Assembly (NCBI GenBank): GCA_000989765.1
Contig: LBOW01000001.1
Coordinates: 118,538-182,537, forward strand
Direction: 5' to 3'
DNA from: Candidatus Woesebacteria bacterium GW2011_GWB1_33_22
Lineage (GTDB): Bacteria; Patescibacteriota; Microgenomatia; UBA8517
DNA length: 64,000 nucleotides
In this document: piece by piece, positions 49,257 through 58,692 of the stretch
Layout of the letters: each line of letters starts with the position of its first letter
Numbering within the stretch: the first letter of the stretch is position 1
The notes under the pieces: generated by a model
The model's database searches: none
What the model was told of the DNA's origin: nothing
The model's input: the letters and a program-made list of their open reading frames with translations, nothing else
Translations under genes and position numbers: made by a program

Positions 49257-50012
49257 ATGAATTCATTTTTTGATGAGGAGAGATTGAGGGATAAATTAGC
49301 TAAAAAAAGGAAATATAAAGAATTTCTAAAAACATACCAAAATCCTAGCAATATTATAGATAAAAATACTAAAATCTTTTGGAACAGTTTTACTGTGACA
49401 TATAAAGAAACATTATTAAATAGTCCAGTTTACCAAGACAAAATTAATAGGACCGTAAATTTTTTAGAAAATAAAACTGGAAATATTCTTGATATAGGAT
49501 TTGGTATAGGAGAAATTGAGAGAAGGCTTCAAACATCAGAATTAAAAATTTATGGGATAGATATATCTTCAGTTGCAGTCAAAAATGCAAAAAAAGAATT
49601 GAAAGGAATTTACAGAATCGGAAGTATTTTTAAGATTCCACATGCTACAAAATCTATGGACTTTGTATTTGCACTTGATGTTTTAGAACACATACCGGTA
49701 AATAAAACATTTGATGTATATAAAGGAATTTCAAGAGCATTAAAAGCAAAAGGGATGTTGACTATTTCAGTTCCCATAAACGAAAATTTAGAAGAATTGT
49801 ATATTGAAAATAAAAATCCAAACAACCATCTTAGAGTATATACTCCAGATATTATAAAAACTGAATTAATACTGAACGGATTTAAAATAGTCAAAACAAA
49901 CTATCTTTATGCCTTTGATAAATTTTATTTTATAAAATCATTTTTCGTAAATTTCTTTAAGTTGACTATCAGAAAACCTAATTTAATGATTATTTTTTGT
50001 CAAAAACAATGA
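49257..50012 (+). CDS. class I SAM-dependent methyltransferase
   Basis: ILDIGFGIG, GIDIS, DVLEHI. Confidence 0.85.
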   Translation: MNSFFDEERLRDKLAKKRKYKEFLKTYQNPSNIIDKNTKIFWNSFTVTYKETLLNSPVYQDKINRTVNFLENKTGNILDIGFGIGEIERRLQTSELKIYGIDISSVAVKNAKKELKGIYRIGSIFKIPHATKSMDFVFALDVLEHIPVNKTFDVYKGISRALKAKGMLTISVPINENLEELYIENKNPNNHLRVYTPDIIKTELILNGFKIVKTNYLYAFDKFYFIKSFFVNFFKLTIRKPNLMIIFCQKQ

Positions 50013-50875
50013 AAATAGTTTTTTTAACACGTAGGGCAGCTCCTCAAATTGGAGGGGTGGAAAGTCATATAGAGCAAATAGCTAAATGTCTACGGTCTAC
50101 GGCGAATGAAGTAAAAATAATTTCTGAAGCTGATATTAAATATCCTCACCTAAAGTTTATTGGCCTAATTTACATTTGGTTTTGGTTATTTAAAAACAGA
50201 AAATTAATTCTGGATTCTGACATTGTGCATATCCATGATGTTTTTATTTGGTATTTGCCATTTAAATTTATATATCCCAAGAAAAAAGTATTTTTAACTA
50301 TTCATGGACTTGAGTGGGGGAATCCTTTTAAATATTCAAGTCTTTTGCAAAAAAGAATTGCAGTTAAATTATCCACTAGTTCAATTGGGGTGGGAAAGTT
50401 TTTAGAAAAATATATTGGATGTAAATTCGACAAAATAATTTACGGTGGGCTAGATCGTTCATTAACTACTAATCACCTGCCTGCGCAGGCAGGCAAATCA
50501 CCAAACACCATTCTTTTTGTGGGAAGGTTAGAACCAGATACGGGACTTGGGGAGTTTCTGAAATGGTTACGTTCTAGTAGTCTAGTTCACGGAACTAAGG
50601 TTGATTTTGTTGGTGATGGAAGCCTCAGATCCGAATGTGAGAGATTCGGAATTGTACATGGATTTTGTGATCCTACTCCATTTTATAAAAAAGCAGAAAC
50701 AGTTGTACCGTCAGGATACTTGACTTTTCTTGAAGCAAAAAGTTATGGCTGTAAAATAAAAACTTTTTATAGTTCTCAACTTAAAAAAGAATATTGGGAA
50801 GAAATTTTAAAATTAAAAAATTTTGACACTTGGAATGATATTGCCAATGTTTATTTAAAGTTGTGGAAAAGGTAA
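50009..50875 (+). CDS. GT4 glycosyltransferase (compact)
   Basis: PQIGGVESH, DIVHIHD, LFVGRLE; ATGA overlap gives start 50009. Confidence 0.75.
   Translation: MKIVFLTRRAAPQIGGVESHIEQIAKCLRSTANEVKIISEADIKYPHLKFIGLIYIWFWLFKNRKLILDSDIVHIHDVFIWYLPFKFIYPKKKVFLTIHGLEWGNPFKYSSLLQKRIAVKLSTSSIGVGKFLEKYIGCKFDKIIYGGLDRSLTTNHLPAQAGKSPNTILFVGRLEPDTGLGEFLKWLRSSSLVHGTKVDFVGDGSLRSECERFGIVHGFCDPTPFYKKAETVVPSGYLTFLEAKSYGCKIKTFYSSQLKKEYWEEILKLKNFDTWNDIANVYLKLWKR
50086..50102 (+). repeat. short YNGTCTA array
   Basis: ATGTCTA CGGTCTA CGG; TGTCTACGGTCTAC is identical to part of the glyQS array. Confidence 0.6.
50459..50504. repeat. 18-bp CCTGCC palindrome nested in a 7-bp array
   Basis: TCATTAA CTACTAA TCA[CCTGCCTGCGCAGGCAGG]CAAA TCACCAA. 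Confidence 0.75.
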
Positions 50876-50887
50876 CTATTTTACTTC

Positions 50888-50917
50888 TTGACACTTGACT
50901 AAATAGTCGGGTATATT
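50888..50917 (+). promoter_or_regulatory. lexA promoter with palindromic operator candidate
   Basis: TTGACA 50888; GACTA-AA-TAGTC 50897-50908; TATATT 50912. Confidence 0.5.
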
Positions 50918-50924
50918 ATATATA

Positions 50925-51560
50925 ATGCAACCCATATTAACCAAAAGACAAAAAGATTTGTTACAGATAATTTACTCACATATTAAAAACGAGGGATATC
51001 CTCCCACATTTGAAGAAATGAGAAATTCTTTAAATGTCGCCTCTAACCAATCCGTAATTGATTTACTTAATAAACTTGAAAATAAAAAAGTAATAGTCAG
51101 GAACGAATCTTCAGCACGGGGATTAACAATTTTACCTTTTGGATACGAATTTTTAAACAAGAAACCTTTAACACCATTTTTAGGAGTCTCTCATGCAGGT
51201 TCACCCATAGATACAATTTCAATTCAGGGTGAATGGAAGGAAATATCAAGTGAACTAACGAAACTTGTAGATGAAGTTTTTATTCTTAAGGTTACTGGAG
51301 ATTCTATGATTAATGCTGGAATTTATGATGGCGACAATGTGTTGGTTCAAAAACAGAAAGAATATGCGTCAGGAGATATTGTTCTTGCTGATGTAAATGG
51401 CGAATCGACAATCAAGAGGTTTATGTCCGATGATAAACCTCCATACCTTTATTTGAAACCTGAAAACCCAAGTTACAAAAACATTACTTTTACAAGTAAT
51501 GTCATGCTTAATGGAAAAGTAATTTCTATCATTAAAAATAATCAATTTAGATATTTATAA
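50925..51560 (+). CDS. lexA: LexA-family repressor
   Basis: LTKRQ..GYPPTFEE wHTH; AG cleavage site; GDSM Ser and TIKR Lys of S24 peptidase. Confidence 0.88.
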   Translation: MQPILTKRQKDLLQIIYSHIKNEGYPPTFEEMRNSLNVASNQSVIDLLNKLENKKVIVRNESSARGLTILPFGYEFLNKKPLTPFLGVSHAGSPIDTISIQGEWKEISSELTKLVDEVFILKVTGDSMINAGIYDGDNVLVQKQKEYASGDIVLADVNGESTIKRFMSDDKPPYLYLKPENPSYKNITFTSNVMLNGKVISIIKNNQFRYL

Positions 51561-51565
51561 TTACT

Positions 51566-53515
51566 ATGCCAACTATTAAACCAAATAAAACAATTGAAAT
51601 CATAGATAAAATCTTTAAAGATCCGTCGCTTAAATTTGGCTTAAGGGAGTTTGAAGGATTAAACTTCGAAGATGTTCTTTATATTTCAAAGGGAGATGAT
51701 AATCGATATTTTGTCAAAGACCTAAAATCTGGGAATAATAAATTTGTATTCGACGAATCTACTCAAAATGGAAAACCAGAAGAAATAGTTAGACAACTTT
51801 GGCTTTATAAATTAAATAAGCAATACAAATATTCATTGGAACGAATAGATACAGAAAAAAGTGTTCATTTCGGAAGGGAGATTCATGCAAAAGCAGCAGA
51901 TATTATCATTTACAAAGAAGATAAAATAACACCTTATATTGTTGTTGAAGTAAAAAGCCCAACAGAAGAAAAGGGTATAGATCAACTTAAGAGTTATCTA
52001 AATGCCGAGGGGTGTGAAATAGGCGTTTGGTCAAATGGAATTGATAGGGTAATTCTTTATAGAAATTATCCAAATAGTTTTGAAGATACTCTTTCTGAAA
52101 TACCCGCCTCAGATAAATCGATCGATGATTTATTGTCAGAAAAAAGAACCTTAGCGGATACAAATCCTAAAGTGGATTTAAAAAGAATTATTCAAATTAC
52201 AGAAGAACTGGTTTTAGCTAATGCAGGTGTCGATGTTTTTAATGAAACTTTTAAATTAATTTATGCCAAACTTTATGATGAACAGGAAGCTGAAAACAGA
52301 GAGGATCAAGAAGTATTTTTTAGAAAGTATAAAGATCCACAAAAAACTTTTACTTCAATAAATACTCTTTTTAGAAACGCAATTCGTAGGTGGCCTGGGA
52401 TTTTCTTTGATCAAGAAGTTATAAGACTTACTCCAGAACATTTAAATGTTGTAGTTGGAGAAATGGAAAAAGTACGCCTTTTTGGATCAGATTTATCAAT
52501 TATTGATGAAGCTTTCGAATATCTTATTCCTGAGGTTGCTAAAAGTAAAAAAGGGCAATATTTTACGCCTCGTCATGTTATTAATATGGCTATTAAAATA
52601 CTAAATCCTAAACAAAATGAATATGTTTTGGATCCTGCTGCAGGATCTGGAGGATTTTTAATTTCTACTATGGCTTGGGTTATGGATCAGTACCTGAAAA
52701 ATAATAAATTAAGACAAGAATATGCAAAGGAATATTTGTATGGTATTGATTTTGCAGATGAGACAGCCAAAGTTTCTAGGGCCTTGATGCTTATAGCAGG
52801 AGATGGTCGATCGCATCTATTTAAGTTAAATTCGCTAGATGCCAGAGAATGGCAAGGTGAAGATGAAGACAAACTTCATGCAAGGCTAGAACTTAAGAAA
52901 AGACTTATAAAATACAAAGATTATGCAGAAGAAGAAACCAATCAGAAGACTTTTAAAGACTTTGATTTTGACATAGTTTTGACGAATCCACCTTTTGCAG
53001 GAGAACTCAAAGACCCCGGATTATTAAGGCAGTATGAATTTGGTAAGAAAAATGGAGAATTAGTCAGAAAAATTGAAAGGCATATTCTTTTTATTGAACG
53101 AGATTTGCAGTTTGTAAAGCCTGGAGGCCGCCTAGCTATAGTTCTTCCTCAAGGAGTATTAAATAATACAAATATGCATTATGTTAGAGAATGGTTATTT
53201 GGTAAAGCTAGAATTTTGGCTGTGGTGGGGCTTCATGTAAATACATTCAAACCACATACGGGTACTAAAACTTCTATTCTTTTTCTTCAAAAATGGAATG
53301 AAAATGATGCACCATTAAAAGACTATCCAATTTTTATGGCAGTTTCTAAAAGAAGTGGTAAGGATAATAGTGGTGAGTATATTTATAAAAAAGACACAGA
53401 AGGCAAACCAATTTTTGATTTTAGGGGAAGAAAAGTAATGGATCATGATTTAGATGAAATCGCAGACAATTTTATAAATTTTGCTAAAAAAGAAGGTTTT
53501 GAATTTTGGAAATGA
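51566..53515 (+). CDS. fused restriction nuclease / N6-adenine methyltransferase (type I-like/IIB RM subunit)
   Basis: N-terminal PEEIVRQ..ADII..VEVK..QLKSY; GQYFTPR, DPAAGSGGF, TNPPF. Confidence 0.88.
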   Translation: MPTIKPNKTIEIIDKIFKDPSLKFGLREFEGLNFEDVLYISKGDDNRYFVKDLKSGNNKFVFDESTQNGKPEEIVRQLWLYKLNKQYKYSLERIDTEKSVHFGREIHAKAADIIIYKEDKITPYIVVEVKSPTEEKGIDQLKSYLNAEGCEIGVWSNGIDRVILYRNYPNSFEDTLSEIPASDKSIDDLLSEKRTLADTNPKVDLKRIIQITEELVLANAGVDVFNETFKLIYAKLYDEQEAENREDQEVFFRKYKDPQKTFTSINTLFRNAIRRWPGIFFDQEVIRLTPEHLNVVVGEMEKVRLFGSDLSIIDEAFEYLIPEVAKSKKGQYFTPRHVINMAIKILNPKQNEYVLDPAAGSGGFLISTMAWVMDQYLKNNKLRQEYAKEYLYGIDFADETAKVSRALMLIAGDGRSHLFKLNSLDAREWQGEDEDKLHARLELKKRLIKYKDYAEEETNQKTFKDFDFDIVLTNPPFAGELKDPGLLRQYEFGKKNGELVRKIERHILFIERDLQFVKPGGRLAIVLPQGVLNNTNMHYVREWLFGKARILAVVGLHVNTFKPHTGTKTSILFLQKWNENDAPLKDYPIFMAVSKRSGKDNSGEYIYKKDTEGKPIFDFRGRKVMDHDLDEIADNFINFAKKEGFEFWK

Positions 53516-55221
53516 AAAAGCTCAAAACTTTGGTAGTACAACTCAATCAGGATTATAAGTCTTTTAAAAATGGTTTTAATTACTCCTTCAATGGCGATTT
53601 GATAATTCTTTCAGGCGTAAACGGAAGTGGAAAATCTCAGTTGGTAGATATCGTTTCACAACGAGAAGGCTATGGAAGTAAGAAGCCTATCGCAGCAACA
53701 ATAACCTTAGATGATAAACAAATAACACTCAACGATGTTTTGCGTCGATCGTTTAAAGAAAATGTCAATGTTCCGGAGTTAACACATGCAGGAACAGAGA
53801 CAGTAAGAAGTCATAAGGATCAAGTATGGAATGCGTATAACAGTTATCGTCTGAATTATACCAACGAAAACTTATGGGATTATAAAAAATCATGTGAAAA
53901 GTCCAAAAAGATTTTGATTGAAAAGTTCGGTGAAGAAAAATTTAATTCTGGTCGGATAACACAGACGGATTTGCATGATAAATTGCCGACCGATTTTGTA
54001 TGGAAGTCAGATGATGTTTTTACCAATTTTATTGGTGAACTTTTTTTTAACTATGCGGTTGATGTATATGATGCTGAAGCCGAGGCGGGAAGATCTGGTA
54101 ACAAACTTGATTCCACTTCATTACCTATCCCACCATGGAAACAGTTAAATAGTCTTTTTTTTGACTTAGGGTTTGAATATAGATTTAAGGAGAATTTTTT
54201 TGTAAAAAGTCTTCAGATCAACGAACAACCAAATTTGTATCAAGTAAAAGGTGATGGTACGATTGATGAAAATGAACAGAGAAAGCTTGCTGACCTATCT
54301 GATGGTGAAAAAGCAATTATTTCACTTTCGTTTGCTTCACTATCGGGCGTAAAAGAGAACGACAAGAAAATTTTATTATTAGATGAGTTTGATGCCAATT
54401 TTAATCCATCTTTAACAGAGAGATTTTATAAAATAATTGACAAATATTTTATATCGCAAGGAATTTTAGTAATAGTTGCCACACACTCACCCACAACAAT
54501 TTCTTTAGCTCCAGAAAATGCTAGTTTCTACGAAGCATTTAAGCCAAATACCGGATCATCACGAATTTTGTCAGTGCAAAGGGACGATTATGACGAATTA
54601 AAAATTGCAAACAAGGAGTTTTATTCAAAAATAGCAGACCAGACGAAACGTATTGCTGAATTAGAAAAAGAAAAAACAGAATTAGATATACTTATACAAC
54701 AAACAAAACCTTCTCTATTTGTCGAAGGACCTACTGATGTCCAATATCTAAATAAGGCGTCAGAATTCTACCCCGAATGGAAACAAATTTTGAATAACAT
54801 AAACATAGAAGAGAAACATGGTAGCGAACTACATAAATACAGAAAAAACAAGTCCTACATAAAAGAATTCTTACTCCAACCACTTATATTACTTTTTGAT
54901 TGTGACACCAAGTTAGAAAATATTGATGAACAGCAAGTGTATGTCCGTTGCATACCATTTCTAAAAGAAAATTCTATTAAAAATGGTATAGAAAATCTAC
55001 TACCTGATGATCTGGTTCTTAAAGCCGAAAAATCTATCGGTGAAAAAGTTACAAACAAGTCTATACCTAATGCAGACGAAAAGGACAAACAAGAATGGAG
55101 TGTTATAGGCAGCAAAAAAACAGATCTTGCTGGTTGGATCTGTTCAAATGCGGAAAAAAAGGATTTTGAAAATTTTAAAACAATCTTTGATATTATCCAA
55201 ACAATTATTAAAACAAGATGA
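53512..55221 (+). CDS. ABC-type ATPase with C-terminal TOPRIM-like domain (OLD-like)
   Basis: GVNGSGKS, LSDGE, LLLDE, ATHS; FVEGPTD, DCD, GIENLL; ATGA overlaps at both ends. Confidence 0.8.
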   Translation: MKKLKTLVVQLNQDYKSFKNGFNYSFNGDLIILSGVNGSGKSQLVDIVSQREGYGSKKPIAATITLDDKQITLNDVLRRSFKENVNVPELTHAGTETVRSHKDQVWNAYNSYRLNYTNENLWDYKKSCEKSKKILIEKFGEEKFNSGRITQTDLHDKLPTDFVWKSDDVFTNFIGELFFNYAVDVYDAEAEAGRSGNKLDSTSLPIPPWKQLNSLFFDLGFEYRFKENFFVKSLQINEQPNLYQVKGDGTIDENEQRKLADLSDGEKAIISLSFASLSGVKENDKKILLLDEFDANFNPSLTERFYKIIDKYFISQGILVIVATHSPTTISLAPENASFYEAFKPNTGSSRILSVQRDDYDELKIANKEFYSKIADQTKRIAELEKEKTELDILIQQTKPSLFVEGPTDVQYLNKASEFYPEWKQILNNINIEEKHGSELHKYRKNKSYIKEFLLQPLILLFDCDTKLENIDEQQVYVRCIPFLKENSIKNGIENLLPDDLVLKAEKSIGEKVTNKSIPNADEKDKQEWSVIGSKKTDLAGWICSNAEKKDFENFKTIFDIIQTIIKTR

Positions 55222-56606
55222 TAACTTTTTCGATAATCCAAAAATCAGGGCTTGAGGGTGCAGATCGAATTGATGCCGAGTATTACCAACCTGAATATTT
55301 AGAGGCAGAGCGAAAAATAACACACCTTAAAAACGAACCATTAGGAGAAATTTTAGAAATGCTTACGGATTATCATGCCAATGGAAGTTATAGTATATTG
55401 AAAAATTACGGAAAAATTCAAACAGAACCAGATTATGCACTAATGGTAAGAGCAGTTGATCTTCAAAATAGTAACTTTGAGAACGATGTCAGATATGTTA
55501 CTGAAAATTCTTACAACTTTTTGAAGAAAACAAAAATTTATGGCAATGAATTAGTAATAGATAAGATAGGGAATGCGGGAAATGTTTACTTTATGCCAAA
55601 ATTGAATAGGCCTGTAACATTGGGAATGAATCTTTTTATGCTTCGTTTAAAGAAAGATTTTGATTCTAGGTTTGTATATGTTTTTTTAAATTCAAAATAT
55701 GGTAAATTGTCGATTTACAGAAGAGTTACTGGAACAAACCCATCAAGTATAGATAAGGAATCAGTTAGAAGTATAAAAATACCAGCCTTCTCAATCGAAG
55801 ATCAAAATGAGATAGGCCAATTAGTTAACTTATCTTTTGATGAGAAAGAAAATTCTAAAAAAATATATCAGCAAGCAGAGAACTTACTTTTGGAAGAGTT
55901 GGGGCTAAAAGATTTTAAAATTCCTGAAGATTTGAGTTACATTGTTAATTATTCAGATACGGGAAAAGTTGGTAGAGTTGATGCGGATTATTTCCAACCT
56001 AAATATCAAGTAATTTCTGATAAAATAAAAACCAGGAATGCAAAACTTTTAGGAGAATTGGTTACTCTCAAAAAAGGTCTTGAACCCGGAAGTGAAGCAT
56101 ATCAAGAAGAAGGAAAATTGTTCATTCGGGTCAGTAGTTTATCAAAGTATGGAATTGAAGGTAAAGATCAAAAATATTTATCAGACGAACTTTATCAAAA
56201 ATTAAAATTAGATTACGAACCACAACTGGGGGAAATTTTATTAACTAAGGATGCAACTCCCGGAATTTCCTATGTTTTAAAAGAGTTCACTGAAGGGATA
56301 ATTTCAGGCGGAATTTTAAGGCTTAAACTAAAAAGTGATATCGAGCCAGAATATTTATCTCTTTGTATTAGTTCCCTGATAGGACAAATGCAGGCAGAAA
56401 GAGATGCTGGAGGGTCAATTATTGTTCATTGGAAACCAGAACAAATAAAAAATATTTTAATTCCAATTCTATCAAAAGAAACTCAAAGAAAAATTGCGGA
56501 TTTGGTTATAAAATCACATTTAGCGAGAAAAAAGTCAAAAGAATTATTAGATGTAGCAAAACGAAAAGTTGAAGAAATGATAGAAATGAATATAGATAAT
56601 AAATGA
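55218..56606 (+). CDS. restriction-modification specificity subunit (HsdS-like)
   Basis: Two TRD repeats, each begun by RIDAEYYQP / RVDADYFQP. Confidence 0.85.
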   Translation: MITFSIIQKSGLEGADRIDAEYYQPEYLEAERKITHLKNEPLGEILEMLTDYHANGSYSILKNYGKIQTEPDYALMVRAVDLQNSNFENDVRYVTENSYNFLKKTKIYGNELVIDKIGNAGNVYFMPKLNRPVTLGMNLFMLRLKKDFDSRFVYVFLNSKYGKLSIYRRVTGTNPSSIDKESVRSIKIPAFSIEDQNEIGQLVNLSFDEKENSKKIYQQAENLLLEELGLKDFKIPEDLSYIVNYSDTGKVGRVDADYFQPKYQVISDKIKTRNAKLLGELVTLKKGLEPGSEAYQEEGKLFIRVSSLSKYGIEGKDQKYLSDELYQKLKLDYEPQLGEILLTKDATPGISYVLKEFTEGIISGGILRLKLKSDIEPEYLSLCISSLIGQMQAERDAGGSIIVHWKPEQIKNILIPILSKETQRKIADLVIKSHLARKKSKELLDVAKRKVEEMIEMNIDNK

Positions 56607-57487
56607 CTTCAGAAAAAATGAAAGTTTCTGTTTGTGTAACTACAAAAAATGAGAGGGAAGAAACAATTAAAAAGCTTTTTGATGCTTTAAATAATCAAAC
56701 TTTAAAGCCCAATGAAATAATCATAATTGATGCAAAGGATTATGACAACTGCAGTAGATCTATAGGTAGAAACATTGCTATTAAAAAGGCCAAAAATGAA
56801 ATCATTGCTCTAACTGATGTTGGTTGCTTACCTAAAAAAGATTGGTTAGAAAAACTCACAAAACCTTTTCAACAGAAAAATATTGATGTAGTTGCAGGTT
56901 TTTACAACATGACTTACAAAAACAATTTACAAAAAAGCATGAGAAAATTTCTTGGAGTATTACCTTCAAAATTCAATAAGCAGAGCTTGCTACTTCGTAG
57001 TAAAAATTTTTTACCTTCTGCAAGATCAATGGCTTTTACTAAATCAATCTGGAAAAAAGCCGGAGGATTCCCTGAAAAATTAAGCGGAACTGCTGAAGAT
57101 ACGCTTTTTAATGTAAATTTAATTAAAGCAGGAGTAAAATTTGTCACAGCAAAAAATGCAATTGTAGAGTGGGGGATGCCTGAAACAATTTCCAATTTTC
57201 AATTAGCAATTTTCAATTACGCTGAGGGCGACGGACAGGCAGGTATTTGGTGGCATCCTACAAAACGCTTTCAGTCGCACAATATAAAGATAAGCTTGAT
57301 CTACTTGCGTTATCTTTTAGCGTTTATCTTTTTAGCATTTGGTTATTACGGTACTTTAGGTGTCTTTACAGGGATTTATATGCTCTATGCTTTCGGCAAG
57401 GCTGGTCTCTGGGGACTTATTTTGCAACCAGTTTCAGATATTGCTGTTATGGCAGGATTCATTCGAGGTATAATGACTTCTAAATGA
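56603..57487 (+). CDS. GT2 glycosyltransferase
   Basis: VSVCVTTKNE, GRNIAI, TDVGC, GGFPE..AED. Confidence 0.85.
   Translation: MTSEKMKVSVCVTTKNEREETIKKLFDALNNQTLKPNEIIIIDAKDYDNCSRSIGRNIAIKKAKNEIIALTDVGCLPKKDWLEKLTKPFQQKNIDVVAGFYNMTYKNNLQKSMRKFLGVLPSKFNKQSLLLRSKNFLPSARSMAFTKSIWKKAGGFPEKLSGTAEDTLFNVNLIKAGVKFVTAKNAIVEWGMPETISNFQLAIFNYAEGDGQAGIWWHPTKRFQSHNIKISLIYLRYLLAFIFLAFGYYGTLGVFTGIYMLYAFGKAGLWGLILQPVSDIAVMAGFIRGIMTSK
56981..57003. repeat. small hairpin insertion in GT2 (QSLLLRSK)
   Basis: TTGCTAC-TTC-GTAGTAA. Confidence 0.4.
57186..57220 (+). repeat. 7-bp tandem array (CAATTTT) in GT2
   Basis: CAATTTC CAATTTT CAATTAG CAATTTT CAATTAC. Confidence 0.8.
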
Positions 57488-58692
57488 ATCTTAAATCAAG
57501 CTTACTTTGGACGGGGAGTCTTCGCATTGTTACTCGAGGATTAACAATTATTAAAACCTTAATCCTGGCCCGTATTTTAACTCCAGCACAGTTTGGTATT
57601 TTTGGGATAGCATCACTTGTTTTAGGATTTTTAGAAACAATGACTGAAACAGGTGTTAATGTTATTTTGATTCAAGAAAAAGGTGATATTAAAAACTATA
57701 TAAATACAGGCTGGGTTGTATCAATTGTAAGAGGATTTTTAATATCTTCATTAATTATTTTTATGTCCCCTTTTATAATAACCTTTTTTAATTCGCTAGA
57801 ATCTCTTTATTCACTCCGCTTGATATCTTTAATTCCAATAATCAGAGGATTTATTAATCCAGCAGTAGTTAGTTATCAGAAAAATTTAAAATTTAATAGT
57901 GAATTTAAATTTAGGGGAAGTTTGATTTTATTTGAGGTCGTCACGACCATTTTATTTGGATTGATTATGCGAAGTGAGATTGCATTTGTTTTGGGAATGA
58001 TTACATCTTCTTTCCTTGAAGTTGTGCTTTCCTTTGCAATAATATCTCCCCGTCCCAGATTAGAATTTAATTTTAAGAAACTTAAAATTTTACTGTCCCT
58101 TGGTAAGTGGATTACTTTCGCAAAAATTTTTGATTATTTATTTTCTCACGGTGATGATATTGTGGTTGGAAAGCTTTTGGGAGTATACCCTTTGGGAATT
58201 TACCAACAGGCCTATAAAATATCAACACTTCCAATAACTGAAATTTCAGAAACTTTTCAAAAAGTTACCTTTCCACTTTACTCTAAAATGGTTGCAGAAA
58301 ATGCTTCAATTAAAAAAATATATCTTAAGACTCTTTTAACTACTTCTTTAATAATTATTCCGTTTGGAATTGTTTTGTATCTATTTCCCAAAGAAATAGT
58401 TATTTTAATTTTAGGAAATCAATGGTTATCTGCTGCACCTGTTTTACAGGTTTTAGCAAGCTTTGGTGTTGTTAAAACAATTGCTAATAGTTCATTTCCA
58501 CTTCTTTTGGCTAATAAAAGGCAAGACTTAGTTATGGCACTAACGTTAATTGGAATAATAGGCCTTGGGACAACAATTTATCCCTTGGTTAATATTTATG
58601 GATTAGTTGGTGCTGGAATATCAACAATTATTGGAAGTTTAGTTATGATACCTCCTGCATTTTACTGGGTTAGAAAATTAACAAATGATTAA
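57484..58692 (+). CDS. Wzx-like polysaccharide flippase
   Basis: ILARILTPAQFG, D.IVVGKLLG...LGIYQQAY, V.FP. Confidence 0.85.
   Translation: MNLKSSLLWTGSLRIVTRGLTIIKTLILARILTPAQFGIFGIASLVLGFLETMTETGVNVILIQEKGDIKNYINTGWVVSIVRGFLISSLIIFMSPFIITFFNSLESLYSLRLISLIPIIRGFINPAVVSYQKNLKFNSEFKFRGSLILFEVVTTILFGLIMRSEIAFVLGMITSSFLEVVLSFAIISPRPRLEFNFKKLKILLSLGKWITFAKIFDYLFSHGDDIVVGKLLGVYPLGIYQQAYKISTLPITEISETFQKVTFPLYSKMVAENASIKKIYLKTLLTTSLIIIPFGIVLYLFPKEIVILILGNQWLSAAPVLQVLASFGVVKTIANSSFPLLLANKRQDLVMALTLIGIIGLGTTIYPLVNIYGLVGAGISTIIGSLVMIPPAFYWVRKLTND

Noticed and set aside
50565..50600. Possible 8-bp array (CTAGTAGT CTAGTTCA)
   Set aside because: Only two convincing units
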